Positions 1 through 17,389 are shown, numbered from the stretch's first letter. The stretch is 64,000 bases of DNA from Eledone cirrhosa (GCA_964016885.1 OZ024742.1:173600001-173664000); one strand, 5' to 3'. A program made the numbers and translations. The notes: generated by a model not told the origin, from the letters alone.

Positions 1-38
1 ATTTCTCGTGGTGGTGGGGGTGGGGGTGCCAATCATAT

Positions 39-654
39 GAATAAATAAAAGGCAATAAAGTGAAGAAAATAGAAAATGAAAATAAGATAATATAAGCAAA
101 TAATTAAACAAAAAAATGATAAAATGGTTGAAGGAATAATATGGTAAAAGAATAACATAAGATAATCAAATAAAATGTGTGTGTGTTATAACCAAGTTAG
201 ACAAATGTGTAAGATCCATTCCTCCCATTGGTCAGTTGTGAGAGCATTCCTCAGTCAAAAGTCTATAACAATTCTTTGGCATGCTTATGAAGAAATAAAA
301 GGCAATAAAATGAAGAAAATAGAAAAGAAATGAAAAATAAGAAAATGAAGAATCAAATAAAATAAAATAAAATGTGTGTGTGTTATAACCAATCTCAAAG
401 TTATAAAGATGTGCTGCGGTCAGCCTAGGTCTTACTGCTGCATATTTTAGAAGTATATGTGTGTGGTTGCATCCATCCTGCGACCATGCTCGTGGTGGTG
501 GTGCGGGGAGGTGGTATCATGCGTATGAATAAATAAAAGGCAATAAAATGAAGAAAATAGAAAATAAATTAAAAATAAGAAAATGAAGATTCAAATAAAA
601 TAAAATAAAATAAAATGTGTGTGTGTTATACCCGATCTCAAAGTTATAAAGATG
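39..654. repeat. Three diverged ~245-bp tandem units, probably the 3' UTR of the adjacent PLE
   Basis: aataaaaggcaataaa(a/g)tgaagaaaatagaaaa...aaatgtgtgtgtgttata recurs at ~42, ~293 and ~531. Confidence 0.7.
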
Positions 655-726
655 TTGGCCAAATTAGAAAGGCTGTGTCAGAATCAATCTCTAGGCTATC
701 ATGGTGTCTGCTCAGCCTGGATGGGT

Positions 727-926
727 CCCTATGGCTTGAGGGGAGTTCCCAAACTATGGTGTTGTTACTGCCCATATAGCTTGAGGGAGGTCCGGTCAAG
801 AGATGTCTACATGTTCTGGAGAAGTCCCTATAGCTTGAGGGGAGTTCACATCACAGTGTGTTGTTACTGTCCATATAGCCTGAGGAAGGTCCCGGCTCTG
901 GGGTGTCTACATGTCCCGAAGAAGTC
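727..926. repeat. 100-bp tandem duplication overlapping the PLE ORF end
   Basis: ccctat(g/a)gcttgaggggagttc...tgtctacatgt..gaagt at 727 and 827. Confidence 0.8.
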
Positions 927-1836
927 GGTTCTGAGGTTTATCAGGCGGCTTCCACCTCTTAGTATCTCGAGGGTCTCGCTCAGACATAGTCTGCATATGC
1001 CAGATCCCCCTTTATCGGGTGGTACTTTTCTGATTATGGACGAGGCCAGGGAGTACGGGGTCCTGCCCAGCATAAGCTTCCAGATCAGGTCGGAAAGAGC
1101 CGTACTTTTCCTTTTGACCTCCTTATTGAAGGAATGGCGATATTTATACCAACGGTCTTTAAAGCTCATTGATGTGGCTCCTATGTAGAGGTGTTCGGAG
1201 TTGGGGGTTTTAACTCTACATCCGTATATTAGGTTATTCCTTAGGCATTCATTACTAAGGGGGCATGATTCGGGGTTTCTGCAGTTGCAGAGGGTGGTCG
1301 ATCTCTGCGTGCCTAGTGTGGGGTTGCCGTTACGTGTTACATGGTGATTTTCCCCCTGGTCCGGTGGTGGGTCCACGGGTCTGTTTGAGTTTCTTGGGTG
1401 GGCACTGGGTCCACCCTTATCTCCTTCCACATGGTTGTGCTGGGTGCTTATATTGCGATCTTCTGGTTGTGTGTGCTTTTTAAGCCTACTTCTGTTGATG
1501 CTAGCTATGTGTTGGGCCAAATTTGTCGTGGTGGAATAGGAGAGCTTCACAGTGTGTCTGTTGAAGATCTTGAGGTATCTAGGGTCCCTCGGGAAGCATT
1601 TATCACGTGCTCCAAAGAATAATCGGGCTAAGCTGTTCTTTAGGGCCGCTGAGTAGGGTGGGTTGTACCACGTTATTTTTCTGCGTCTACTCCTATATTG
1701 GTGGGTTGAGGGCGTCGTGAGTTGTTCGAGAGTTGTTGGGTTGCTGGTGGTTCCTGCATTGTTGCTTCCCCTTTGGGCGCTCTGCGTTTTGCTACCTTGT
1801 CGGCCCGAATCTGTGGGGTGGTTGCTACCCGCGCTG
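864..1836 (-). pseudogene. 5'-truncated Penelope-like element: RT thumb, Cys linker and GIY-YIG endonuclease (Hydra-clade-like)
   Basis: WYNPPYS...KLSYSTTTNL, CNCRNPESCPLSNECL, LIYGC...YIG, CRLCLSE motifs. Confidence 0.85.
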
Positions 1837-1930
1837 GGAGGTCACAGGCAAAGATGGCTGTCACCAAAATATATATAGCAGTAATAAACGAAGCTAAATT
1901 CTAAGTATATTCGACTTATTTTAGTTTATA
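1837..1930 (+). mobile_element. Inverted pLTR fragment with partial hammerhead at the PLE 5' end
   Basis: Reverse-complement match to 5325-5416; begins inside the ribozyme core and ends in (TA)n. Confidence 0.75.
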
Positions 1931-1939
1931 TACATTATA

Positions 1940-2029
<90 letters not shown>

Positions 2030-2301
2030 GTACATATATATATGTATTTGTGTGTGTTGTGATGTGTAATTGTGTGTGCGTCATGTGTAGCACACAGACA
2101 CACACACAGTCAAAACACACACACAGACTACGAAGTGACACGTGAGAGAATTTACGAAAATGTCACATGCAATTTCAATCAGTATGGAGAAAAAGAGATG
2201 TAAGCTTTACAAAATAGATCTGTATTGTTCTATACACACACACACACTCTTCACACCCTCTCACATACGGACACATTCCTATATACACACGCACTCACTC
2301 T

Positions 2302-2412
<111 letters not shown>

Positions 2413-2709
2413 TTGTGTGTGTGGACGTGTGTATGTGTGCGTGAGAGTACGTATGCGTGTGTTTGTGTCTATTGAAATGAGAACATTTTCGGGATGTGGA
2501 AATGGCTTTGCAATTAACATTCTGCCCTTTTTACATTAAACGACTTCTAACAATGAACGTCGGAGACAATCACCACTGCAGCCATTAAGCTAATGCTTCA
2601 CAATTGCAAATACTCAGTTTTCACATATGATATTGCTGTGATGACAAGCTAATAGTATTTCACTTGCTGTTTTTTCCCTTTGTTTAGTGGATGCAGCATG
2701 ATCGAATGT

Positions 2710-2938
2710 TTAACCCTTTAACATTTAAACCGGACATATCCGGCCAGAATTTGTTCACCTCTTTCTGTTCAAACCTACCATAACCAGCTGCTTATACTTA
2801 TGTTAAGGTATTGTTCTCAAAATAAATAATATCAAAATCTCGTAGATTCGATATTATGTGAGATAATTATGTAAGATAAAGCGTTTACCATAAAAATACA
2901 AGAGTAAATATAGAGTAATGTAAATGCTAAAAGGTTAA
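2710..2938. mobile_element. piggyBac-type MITE
   Basis: TTAA on both sides; imperfect TIRs ccctttaacattta / taaatgctaaaagg. Confidence 0.55.
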
Positions 2939-3351
2939 GCAATTGGCTCCGCAATCATATTGGTTAGGTTCCATTGACTGACATGTTTCATTTACCTTAG
3001 CATCAGTTCTTCTCGTGCCTCGTGAATAACGTTAGATACATACAAAATGTTTAGAAGCCTATCGGAGAGATGTTAATGCAAATCACTGGTTTTGTCACTA
3101 ACTCCGTCCCGCTGAATATCTATAAAAATTACGTCATTATGTGAAAAGAGCGTATAACTGATTTAGTGATAGATGTGTGAAGCAAGAACTTTCGTGATCA
3201 GTGTAATTTCGTGAATTTGTACACTTATGAGAACAATTCTTTTTAAGGTGTGTGTCTAAGAGCAATGTACTTAATTTTACGTGGATTTTTGTCGACCTAA
3301 TTGCTAAAGATGGATTATACGTGTAGGTGTCTTTCAATTTTTCCCCTATTT

Positions 3352-3386
3352 CTCCTCCTCCTCCTCCTCCTCCTCCTCCTCCTCCA

Positions 3387-3434
<48 letters not shown>

Positions 3435-3553
3435 CGTCGTCGTCATCATCATCATCATCATCATCATCATTTTTCTTCTTCTTCTTCTTCTTCTTCTTCT
3501 TCTTCTTCTTCTTCTTCTGTGTCGTCGTTGTCGTTGTCGTTGTTGTCGTCGTC
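3352..3553. repeat. Compound trinucleotide microsatellite (CTC)n(CAT)n(CTT)n(GTC/GTT)n
   Basis: Directly visible. Confidence 0.95.
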
Positions 3554-3972
3554 ACCATGCCTTTCATAAAAACGATGGCGATGGACGCGAAACAACCCAA
3601 ATGATGTAACCATGCCTCTGCCACTCGTTCAATTAGTTGCATTAAAACCGCTAGATATAACAAAACCCTAATTGCTAATGGCCATACAAATGTGAAGAAC
3701 GACCTAAATATATTTTCAGATCATTGGGATTAAATAAATGTGGATTATTGATGATTTATAGGTTTATTTGCTTTGTTATTATTATCTAGACAATAATAGA
3801 TCATATATAAATATTTAAAATGTTGTCTTGGATACATGCCATAGATGAGTTTTATTAGGTGAATAATCTTGTAATATAAATCAAATATTTAATGGAATGA
3901 ATATGATATTATGTTTATAATAGTTAAGCAAGAGAAGGATTATCGACACACACAAATGTATTATATATATAT

Positions 3973-4004
<32 letters not shown>

Positions 4005-4104
4005 TTATAAATATATATATATATATAAATATAAATATATATAAATATATATATATATATATGTATGTATGTATATATATATACATACATATAAATATAT
4101 ATGT

Positions 4105-4147
<43 letters not shown>

Positions 4148-4534
4148 TATAAATATGCATACATATAAATATATATATATACGTATATATATATATACAT
4201 ATATATAAATATACATATAAATATATATATATACATATAAATATATATATATATACATATATGTCTGAATTATTGTTGGCAGTTTGCTTACATTAATTTC
4301 TCTATTTTCATTTATATATAGATATATATATATGTAGATAAATCTACCAAGAGTTTACGGTAGTGTCCAATCCGTATGAAGAACTCAATGTATTCCGGAT
4401 ATCATGGAAAGAAGAGATGTAATGAAAAGTCACTTTCGGTGAAAGATAAACGGTATACAGAGTCAAGATAAAATATTAAACAAATAATGAATAAACAATG
4501 AAACAGTTCCTTATATTAAACAAAAAAAGTTCAT

Positions 4535-4668
4535 TATTTAACGATCGTTTCTAGGATATATATGTGTTAGAATTGGCATGCATATTCAACAGATCTATGT
4601 ACAAAATTATACAAAATTATACAAACTATCAAGATTAAATATACATACCAACACATATATACGCCGTC

Positions 4669-4672
<4 letters not shown>
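4535..4672 (-). ncRNA. Hammerhead ribozyme with ~115-nt stem II, truncated at C3
   Basis: TGAAGA..tatatatgtgttgg...ctaacacatatata..GAAA cgatcg TT. Confidence 0.6.
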
Positions 4673-4755
<83 letters not shown>

Positions 4756-4759
<4 letters not shown>

Positions 4760-4848
4760 TTCTACAGGACTAGAACTGTTTCATTCATTAGAAATCATCA
4801 GAGTACCTTACTTACTGTGGTTACCTCCGATTCAATCCGGAATAACGT
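4756..4848. mobile_element. Family A solo-pLTR fragment (inverted HHR plus tail)
   Basis: Two pieces match 5623-5826 in opposite orientations; flanked by (TA)n. Confidence 0.75.
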
Positions 4849-4859
4849 ATATATATATA

Positions 4860-4938
<79 letters not shown>

Positions 4939-4939
4939 G

Positions 4940-5002
<63 letters not shown>

Positions 5003-5004
<2 letters not shown>

Positions 5005-5192
5005 CGAAGTAGCTGTGGTAAGGAACCAGATGGACCATAACGCACCAGAGTACTCAATACTTAGGGTAGTAGAGTGGGTAATAGGAGCAAGTATGACCCC
5101 AACGGCAGAGCTGAAGCGGTTTCGATAGTTATTTCAGTCCAGAAATACCCGTCTAAACGGCTTGAGCTCTGCCGTCGGGGTCATACTTTCTC

Positions 5193-5195
<3 letters not shown>
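5003..5195. mobile_element. Family B fold-back element with hammerhead 3' half
   Basis: Homologous to 14898-15063; GAAA cggc-ttgagctct-gccg TC consensus. Confidence 0.7.
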
Positions 5196-5234
<39 letters not shown>

Positions 5235-5371
5235 TGTTGGTTGTATACCAACACCTCAGTATGCACATTGGAGCACTGGACGAAGTGCGCAGGTTGGTTT
5301 GGTTAATCCGGAGTAATGTAAAATGAACTAAAATAAATAAGTCAAATGTTTAAAATTTGGCTTCGTTTATT

Positions 5372-5426
5372 ACTGCTATATATATTTCGGTGACAGCTAT
5401 CTTTGGCTGTGACCTCTTCAGGCAGT
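5372..5426 (-). ncRNA. Type I hammerhead ribozyme (family C pLTR)
   Basis: actgc CTGAAGA ggtcacagc..gctgtcacc GAAA tatata TA gcagt. Confidence 0.85.
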
Positions 5427-5587
5427 CCGAATTAGTGTGGTAGAGACAAGTACACATGTTTTTAAGGTGTTTAACTTTGTCAATACTCTGATATGCCCAG
5501 TTCCTGGTTGGGTTGTTATTTCACTGAGGAACTGGAATCATATAATATGTATATATATATAAATGTATATATATGTATATATATATC

Positions 5588-5622
<35 letters not shown>

Positions 5623-5624
<2 letters not shown>

Positions 5625-5823
5625 GTTATTCCGGGTTGAATCGGAGGTAACCGCAGTAAGTAAGGTACTCAATACATAGCAGAGTATAACAGTTTTAATA
5701 TAGATGAGATTCTACAGGACTAGAACTGTTTCATTCATTAGAAATCATCAGGAATCTCTGATTCCTGATGATTTCTAATGAATGAAACAGTTCTAGTCCT
5801 GTAGAATCTCATCTATATTAAAA

Positions 5824-5826
<3 letters not shown>
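5623..5826. mobile_element. Family A fold-back element with two opposed hammerheads (5708-5756 -, 5760-5808 +)
   Basis: Perfect ~65-bp inverted repeat; gattc CTGATGA tttctaatgaat GAAA cag-ttctagtc-ctg TA gaatc. Confidence 0.85.
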
Positions 5827-5871
<45 letters not shown>

Positions 5872-6189
5872 TATATAGAGAGAGAGGGGGGGGAGAAAAC
5901 TATAAAGTATGAGAGAGAAAGGTAAGTAGACCGAGTGAACGTGAACAGGAAGTGTATAGAGATGATTGAATCAATTACAATTATTTGGTTTAAAAGTTTA
6001 CATTAAAATGAGGATATTGAGAATATGTCAGGGAACATAAGGTGTAACTGACGTATTTCTGATTACTTTCGAATAATATACAACCAATGGATAATATCCC
6101 TGTTCAATAACTAGAAGACACTATATTACACACATCTTGTATTATTACAATTACATATCAGTATATATTACATGCTTGCATAATTGTGG

Positions 6190-6510
6190 TCGTAATTTAG
6201 TGTTGCTATTGTCGCTGCCATTGCTGTTGCTACTGTTCCCGTTATTGCTACTGTTGTCGCAGTACTAGTTCTTCTTGTTGATGTTGTGGCTGCGTTGGTT
6301 GGTGTTGCTTGTGTTGCTGTCGTGGCCGTAGTCATTGCTCTCCTTTCTGGTGCTGTTGCTGCTGGTGGTGTTGTTGCTGTTGTTGTTGTAGTTGCTGCTA
6401 CTGCTGCTGCTGTTGATGATATTCTTACTGCTGTTGTAGTTGCTATTGTTGTTACTAATGTCTCTAGTGTTGTTTGAGTTTTGGTTGTTGTCGCTGTTGC
6501 TGTCGTTACT
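6190..6510. repeat. Degenerate (GTT/GCT)n low-complexity tract
   Basis: Directly visible. Confidence 0.85.
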
Positions 6511-6602
6511 CAATATCTTAAGCTTGATTAACTGGACATTTTAGGACATTTCATAATAAATATTTAATTTTATTCTCTTAACGAGCTTTAGCTTAAACTC
6601 AG

Positions 6603-6908
6603 AAGGAGCATGGCGTAGTGGTTAGAGTGTTCGACTAACGATCGTAATTTCGAATTCCTGGGGTGCATAATGTGATTGAACTAAACAATATATAGTGACA
6701 CTAAGCTGGAACAAATTAGTTGTGCCTGTAATACAATTGATCATCCTTGTTCCACCCCTTGCCTCGCTGAATCCTGCTGAGAACTACCTTAAGTGTACAC
6801 GTATCTGTGGAAAACTTAGAGACGTACCAGCTCATTTTACGAGCAGGCTGAATTGAATCAACAATTTCGATTCGAAACAACTGGAACATTCATCATAAGA
6901 ACCGACAG
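6603..6908 (+). mobile_element. Old tRNA-derived SINE (second family; relative at ~12575-12860)
   Basis: A-box tggcgtagtggttag, B-box-like ttcgaattcc; 3' region similar to 12745-12850. Confidence 0.5.
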
Positions 6909-6910
6909 AA

Positions 6911-7022
<112 letters not shown>

Positions 7023-7038
7023 TTATATATATATATAA

Positions 7039-7771
<733 letters not shown>

Positions 7772-7776
7772 AGAGA

Positions 7777-10465
<2,689 letters not shown>

Positions 10466-10487
10466 AATATATATATATATATATATT

Positions 10488-11338
<851 letters not shown>

Positions 11339-11401
11339 GGAAGTATTTAATAGGAAAGGTAAAGATAGGAGAGTGCTCTATGTAGGCTACAGAACTTTTT
11401 A

Positions 11402-11532
11402 GTTATGTAAAAACAACATAAGATAATTATTTCATTTACCAATGGTTTCTTGAAGACAGATACTTATGCCTGTCTTCATTCAAGAAACCATTGGTAAATG
11501 AAATAATTAACTTATGTTGTTTTTGCATAACT
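11402..11532. mobile_element. Fold-back element centred on hammerhead loop II
   Basis: Inverted repeat; gaagacag..ctgtcttc then GAAA ccattgg TA. Confidence 0.65.
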
Positions 11533-11566
11533 ATATATATATATATATATATACAATATATATATT

Positions 11567-11950
11567 GTATATCTAGCGATATACGGTACGTTCACGAATA
11601 AACATTTTGAAAGCATGCAGCTATGTTTGTGGGAACCGATGACGTAGCGCCATCTAGCGGATTCCAACAGAATCGAAAGGTAGGTAACTATCGACAACGT
11701 CGTTTCTGATTCCCATCGTTATCAAGACAGTGCTCTCTTATGGAACTCAATATAGGTGAAAATATATTGTTTTGACACATATGTACATGGGCTGAATAGC
11801 CTTATTTGCATATAGATCTATCGGCTGGCTCGGCTGGAAAATAGAATTAAAGAGTTCGCTTGAACATAGCTGTATACATATAAGTATGAGTATTTCGTAT
11901 ATCTAGCTATATACGGTATGTTTACGAATAAACTTTTTAAAAGCTATGTT
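11567..11950 (-). mobile_element. ~330-bp monomer with terminal direct repeat and U3-A8 HHR (11688-11730)
   Basis: Direct repeat at 11567 and 11897; ctgtc TTGATAA cgat-ggga-atca GAAA cgacgttg TC gatag. Confidence 0.7.
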
Positions 11951-13340
11951 AGAACGAACACCTTGGTTACATATCTATATATTGCTATATTTGGTGATGG
12001 TCATGTTGCCAATATTGTCAATACTAAACCTCTCGCACCATATGATTTCCCCCTTTTCACTTTATTTTTATAACTAGTTGTTGGTTAGTTTGGCTAAGTT
12101 ATATCGTCAGCATTCAGTCACCTCCTCATTAACTATCTGTTCCCTTTTGTGCCACTCCCTTTTGTAGTCTTAATCAATTACCCAAACTTGTTTTTTATTG
12201 ACAACACTGGCAAAATGACCGACACCAAATGTAGCAGTATGGGCTTCAATACATGGTTTCATATCAAGAATCTTTCAAATCAAATATATATATATACATA
12301 TATTATATTCAGATGCAAGGTTTTGGAATAGTTGTCCAGTAATACCAGATTATTGAGATATTGACTCAACAAATGTATCTAAGATAATATGGTAAACCTA
12401 AAATATACTATGTCAAAACTATACGCATAGATTTCTATAATTATATAAAACTATATCCAGAAGTTATTAAACACTGTACTGGGAGTTCAATAACATTTTC
12501 AGTCAATTCTCTATAGCTATATAACAGAGAAACCTGTTTAGTTTTGACCTGCTAATATAACAACAGGCAGTAATGACGTGTGTGTTAGCGTGTTCGGCTT
12601 TCGATCGTAATGCAGTGAGTTCAATTCCCAGCGACACAGTGTGTTCTCGAGCAATACACTTTATAATATGTTGTTACTATTCACGCTGCTGGGGAAAATG
12701 TGTTGTTTTTCTAATTCTAATATCAAATCTGCAAATCAATGTATCACGTTGTATCTCCTTTAGAACTACTTTATGCATCACGTGTCTATGAAATACTCAC
12801 GTACGTGCAGGTTAATTACGCCTGAACAGGCTGGAAAACTCATCGTCCTCATCATCGTTAGTCCTACACACACACAATCACACACATGCACCAACACACA
12901 AGCTCACACATATACTCCCTCAGATAATCACACATACTGACACACATGCACACACCTGCACAGCACTCACAAACCGCTACCGTTTTATGTTTGATGAATA
13001 AACTTAACAAATGTTCTTGCATATAATTAGGCTGGGATGTATATATATTAGGTAAATACAAACAATTTAAAATAAACCGTTTCATGTCATTGAACCGACC
13101 CCGGTGTCAGGTAGTTTGGCATGAAAAGTTTAAACGGGAAAGTCTATATATCTAGAGAAAAAATCTTTATGTATATGTCTGTCCACTTCTACCGCTGGTG
13201 TGTGAACCAGGAAATATTAGGTATCAAATGCTATTAGATTCAAGTGGTAAAGGAAATTGCATCGGTACGACGTCAAACAAGGCTCACAAAAGTGATAAAT
13301 TTACATTTTTAAGCAATTCACTACCAGGTCACCATTATTT

Positions 13341-14130
13341 TGGCAGTATCGCTAGAGAGTCAGACACCATAATTTGAGCAGAGTTATGTCCCTTTGCGTC
13401 TTGAGTTCAAATCCCGCCGAGGTTTGCCTTTCACCCTTATTGGGTCGATAAAATAAAACACTAGTATTGCACTTGGGTAATTGCTGGTCTTGTGCCAAAA
13501 GTCGAAACAATTAATATATGCAGGGTCAGTTAAACCACATCTACTGTCCAGCTCGGTATCCTCCCTACTGTTTTTCAAACAAGTGTCATTATTGATGGCA
13601 GTATCGGTAGAGGGTCGGACGCCATGCTTTGACGCATAGAGTTACGGCCCTATCCATTCTGAGTTCAAATCCCGCCGAGGTTAACTTTGCCTTTCATCCT
13701 TACGGGGTCGATAAAATAAAGTACCAGTAATACACTGGGATAATTGCTGGCCTTGTGCCAAAAGTAGAAACAATTATAGAGGGGGCGGTGAATTGGCAGT
13801 ATCGGTAGAGGGTCTGACGCCATGCTTTCCAGCATAGTTACGTCCCTTTACGGTCTGAGTTCAAATCCCGTAAAGGTTAACTTTGCTTTTCATCCTTACG
13901 GGGTCGATAAAATAAAGTATCAGTAATGTACTGGGTAATTTGCTGGCCTTGTGCCAAAAAGTAGAAACAATTATTTTGATGCTTTCCAGCATAGTTACGT
14001 CCCTTTACGATCTGAGTTCAAATCCCGCCGAGGTTGATATTGCCTTTCATCCTTACGGGGTCGATAAAATAAAGTACCAGTAATGCACTGGGTAATTGCT
14101 GGCCTTGTGCCTAAAGTAGAAACAATTATT
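13341..14130 (+). mobile_element. Head-to-tail array of four tRNA-derived SINEs
   Basis: A-box tggcagtatcgg, B-box gagttcaaatcc, core gcctttcatccttacggggtcgataaaataaagtacca (resembles the MetaSINE domain), (ATT) tail. Confidence 0.85.
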
Positions 14131-14157
14131 TTGGATTTAATTCATTACACGTACACA

Positions 14158-14210
<53 letters not shown>

Positions 14211-14232
14211 GCACACAAATACATATATAAAA

Positions 14233-14532
14233 AAATTAAAGGATATATGTTTATATATAGAGAGAAAGAGCAATATATCGTAAATGAAACACGGTATATT
14301 GCATATATATATATCAAATACATATTTTATAGAGGAATATATACACAGCAGTGTACGTATTCTTCTATAGAATATGTTCGCAGCTGTGTACATATTCTTC
14401 TACAGAATATGTACACAGCTGTGTACATATTCTTCTATAGAATATGTATTTGATATATATATACAATATACCATGTTTCATTTACGATATATGGCTCTAT
14501 CTCTCTATATATGAACATATATCTTTTAATTT
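14233..14532. repeat. Fold-back/MITE-like palindrome with internal 35-bp repeats
   Basis: Inverted arms around tattcttctatagaatatgtacacagctgtgtaca units. Confidence 0.7.
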
Positions 14533-14865
14533 GCTATTATGACTCTAGATAAAGTCTATTGCGATTACTTATTGAGAAACACAAAATTCTAAACATATTT
14601 GATATGTTTTGATATGTTTTTATTCATTCATCATTTATATACACACACAGACTTGTATATATATATACATATTTTAGTACTGCATTAACGAAGCTTTTGG
14701 CTGCGGCCAAGTTAACGAATGCAGATTCGGTAAGCAGCTTAGCACTCGATGGAGAATAATACCCCAGAGTTATATAAATACGTTTAGACACCTTTGCAAA
14801 TCAAATATAGCGACCGACAGTCTATCCGCATTGCCATAGCAACGAAAAAAACTGAACTCAGGAAA

Positions 14866-14897
<32 letters not shown>

Positions 14898-14901
<4 letters not shown>

Positions 14902-15063
14902 AAGTATGACCCCGACGGCAGAGCTCAAGCCGTTTCGACGGAAATAGCCGTCGAAACGGCTTGAGCTCTGCAGTCGGAGTCATACTTTTTCCTATTTCCC
15001 AATCGACTACCCTAAGTATTGAGTACTCTCGTGCGTTATGGTCCATTTGGTTCCTTACCACAA
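14898..15063. mobile_element. Family B fold-back element centred on HHR loop II
   Basis: tttc gacgg-aaatag-ccgtc gaaa at the symmetry axis. Confidence 0.75.
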
Positions 15064-15599
15064 TTCCTTTGTTTTTATATATATATATATATATATATAT
15101 TATGTTCCATATGGGTAACCCATTCCCATGAACAAATAACTATCGAAGTAGGATCGAAACATTGCATTGGCTTCTGTGCCATTGGTATCAAATCGAACGA
15201 AATTCCCCACTATAATTCACTCCCAGCATCCTAACTTGACCAGTTGAATTCCTTTTGTTTGGCCGAGTGAGGTGCTGCTATATTTAGCAACCACCCGCCA
15301 AACACACCTATAGCCCATACTCATTGAAAGCAGTTGCACAACTTGCCTCTGTATAGAAAACAAAAATATCGTCTTTCACTAGGTCTACCTGTTGAAAATT
15401 ACCTCTTAGTTTTAATTGGCCAATAATCAGTTTCCAATAGTTAGGGTTGTCAAAGTGTTACGGAGGAAGAAACCTCATTATTAACTAGGTGATGGATGTG
15501 TAAGTATCTTAACTCTTTCTTAGTTAAACAGTTCATATTCTTACACGTGTTTGATTGTTATCAGCCTATTTCTTCTATATGGGTGCTGCTTTCCTATGA

Positions 15600-15975
15600 A
15601 GGAATCACTATGGATGTGCTTCAAAACGGATTATCCAGGCATGTGGCATTGCTATCACCGGGAAGGAGGTAGATCGGTCATCTGGGACGCCATCTGCTGT
15701 GACACATTCTCCGCCTCCAACTTAGTCACTTCGGTTACAAACCCCGGCATGGTGGCCCGCCTCGCAGAAGAACTCGAAAGAAACAAATACCGGGATTTGT
15801 CCGGCCGCTTACTCTTCGCGAGACGTCAGGTGTACTTCGACCCCTTACTGCTTAGCTCCTCCACAAGATGGGAACGTCGGCGAACAGTCTGTGGAGGGAA
15901 CCTCGCGAGGTTGGGTGGCTGTTGCATGGGGTGTCACTATCCATCGTCCATGGGAATACTTTTGCCATCTTGAGC
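15600..15975 (+). pseudogene. CRE-clade non-LTR retrotransposon remnant (restriction-like endonuclease C-terminus)
   Basis: GRSVIWDAICCDTFSAS...AEE..RNKYRDLS, ETSG, LSIVHGN motifs across frameshifts. Confidence 0.7.
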
Positions 15976-16170
15976 AGGTGGCGCAACACTCCTTCCCCCC
16001 TGCTTAAGGCCCAGATCCCAATCACCCTCCCTTTCACACCACCCCTAACTTCTGTGACACCAGGACTATTGCCGTCCCCTCACCTTCCTGTTCTATAAAA
16101 TATGCCTCTGGTTCTGCGACTTTAGAATTCAATTGACCCAACTTCCCCTCTATCTTTATCCTTCGCACTC

Positions 16171-16257
<87 letters not shown>

Positions 16258-16260
<3 letters not shown>

Positions 16261-16454
16261 AAAATGGGGTCTTTTTTCCGAAATGAAGAAAAACGAGATG
16301 TCCTACACGAGTGAAAGTATAAGAAAAAAAGATGAAATCGAAAATGCAGCTGGAGACTTTTTAAGAATATTCATCGTGCTCCTTTACCGGTTTCACAGTG
16401 ATTGTGCTTTTCAAAAGTAGAATTAAGATGGACAGTTTGTAATATTTTCTCGCA

Positions 16455-16497
<43 letters not shown>

Positions 16498-16829
16498 AAA
16501 AAGATGAAATTGAAAATCTTACTGGAGTATTTTTTTTTTAAATATATATATTACTTTTCCAAAACCTAGCATTTCGAGCCACTTTTTTCCATATAAAACA
16601 GAAGTAACATTCGAACACCAGCCAGATGCGAGAAAAACAACAAACCCTCCATCTCAATTCTACTTTTGAAAAGCACAAGAACTGCGAAACCTGTAAAGGA
16701 ACCAAATAAATAATTAAAAAAAGAACAGACTCCAGTTGCATTTTCGATTTCATCTTGTTTCCTTATACTTTCACTCGTGTAGGACACCTCGGGTTTTTTT
16801 TTCATTTCATAACAATAGCTCACTTTCTA

Positions 16830-16830
<1 letters not shown>
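16258..16830. mobile_element. Two family E2 pLTR copies (HHR 16382-16417 -, 16663-16698 +)
   Basis: Homologous to 10488-11157. Confidence 0.75.
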
Positions 16831-16880
<50 letters not shown>

Positions 16881-16881
16881 T

Positions 16882-16977
<96 letters not shown>

Positions 16978-17320
16978 GTGTGTGCGTGTGTGTTTGTGTG
17001 TGTTTGTATATAACCTCAAGCGTAACATCAAGAGCAGACAAGAAGAAGAGAACAGAGACAATGTCAAACAGAGATTCAGGCAAATTGAAGATTTCCTCTC
17101 TGTAGAACACCAACATCTGTTCCACATAATGTAGGGGATGACAATCTAGAGAAACTATTTTACTACGAAATAGCAAACAATATTATGAATAATACTCGTC
17201 CAATCTCCACACGCCGCCGCCAACAAGACATAGTTTATATGTCAACAATATAAACAACAAAGATAACGTAAAAAAATATCAAAGACTGGCTTATTATAGA
17301 TCAACTTATACACCCCCTCC

Positions 17321-17389
<69 letters not shown>

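Noticed and set aside
3301-3663. Homopolymer-run ORFs (poly-P/H/S, poly-D/E/K)
   Set aside because: Compound trinucleotide repeat open in several frames; no supporting gene context
13341-14130. CRISPR-like repeat-spacer appearance
   Set aside because: Units are ~180-bp SINEs in eukaryotic DNA; no cas genes
14268-14302. gcaata...GAAA cacgg TA tattgc as a hammerhead
   Set aside because: No CUGANGA-like strand or stem II
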